A stretch of DNA of 64,000 bases from Octopus sinensis. Its lineage: Eukaryota. Both the position numbers and the translations under genes were made by a program. The stretch spans positions 61,132,001-61,196,000 of the forward strand of contig NC_043006.1 of assembly GCF_006345805.1 (NCBI RefSeq). The letters are read 5' to 3'. Under the pieces are notes generated by a model. That model was not told where the DNA came from, ran no database searches, and saw nothing but the letters and a program-made list of their open reading frames with translations. Positions 63,708 through 64,000 of the stretch are shown here, piece by piece. How positions within the stretch are numbered: the stretch's first letter is position 1; the number at the start of each line of letters is the position of its first letter.

Positions 63708-64000
63708 CAAAATTTAGGGGACTGACCACTAAAAGTCGACAGCCTATATGCTAAACATAGACGTCAAATCGCCATTACCACGAAGAATGTGTTCTCAAGA
63801 AAAATCTCAGCAAAAAAAGCAAAATGTAAAAATAATGAAGACAAATGAAAATATACGAAACAAAAAAAACATTAACTATGTACCATTGGTTTCACTTGTT
63901 AATATTTACGTATATGGACACGCAAATCTCAAAGTGAATGCATTTGAAAGATACACCTAAATATAATTTGTAGAATTTCATACATGCTGGATTTCGGTTG

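Overview
AT-rich eukaryotic genomic DNA dominated by microsatellites and decayed transposable elements. The repeat spectrum (tRNA-derived SINEs, (TA)n/(TAA)n/(TATC)n arrays, CR1-type, L1/Tx1, R4/Dong and Penelope-like retroelements, mariner and Chapaev DNA transposons) suggests a cephalopod (Octopus-like) genome; the taxon is an inference. There are no prokaryotic features, CRISPR arrays, rRNA or bona fide tRNA genes. Almost all ORF-track entries are microsatellite artefacts or frameshifted TE pieces. A few phase-compatible minus-strand exon candidates (strongest 61235-61353) suggest much of the window could be intronic to one host gene. Most notable: (1) two divergent CR1-type LINEs whose ORF1 starts with a Myb/SANT (trihelix)-like domain followed by CCCH fingers; (2) a 2.9 kb ORF1-only (HAL1-like) L1/Tx1 derivative inserted with a 15-bp TSD into a SINE; (3) about ten hammerhead-ribozyme motifs, several in outward-facing pairs within short foldback elements next to (TA)n; (4) a 55-nt locally templated, frame-preserving insertion in a LINE; (5) a SINE/LINE shared 3' tail. 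All calls were made by eye, without database searches, and element boundaries are approximate.
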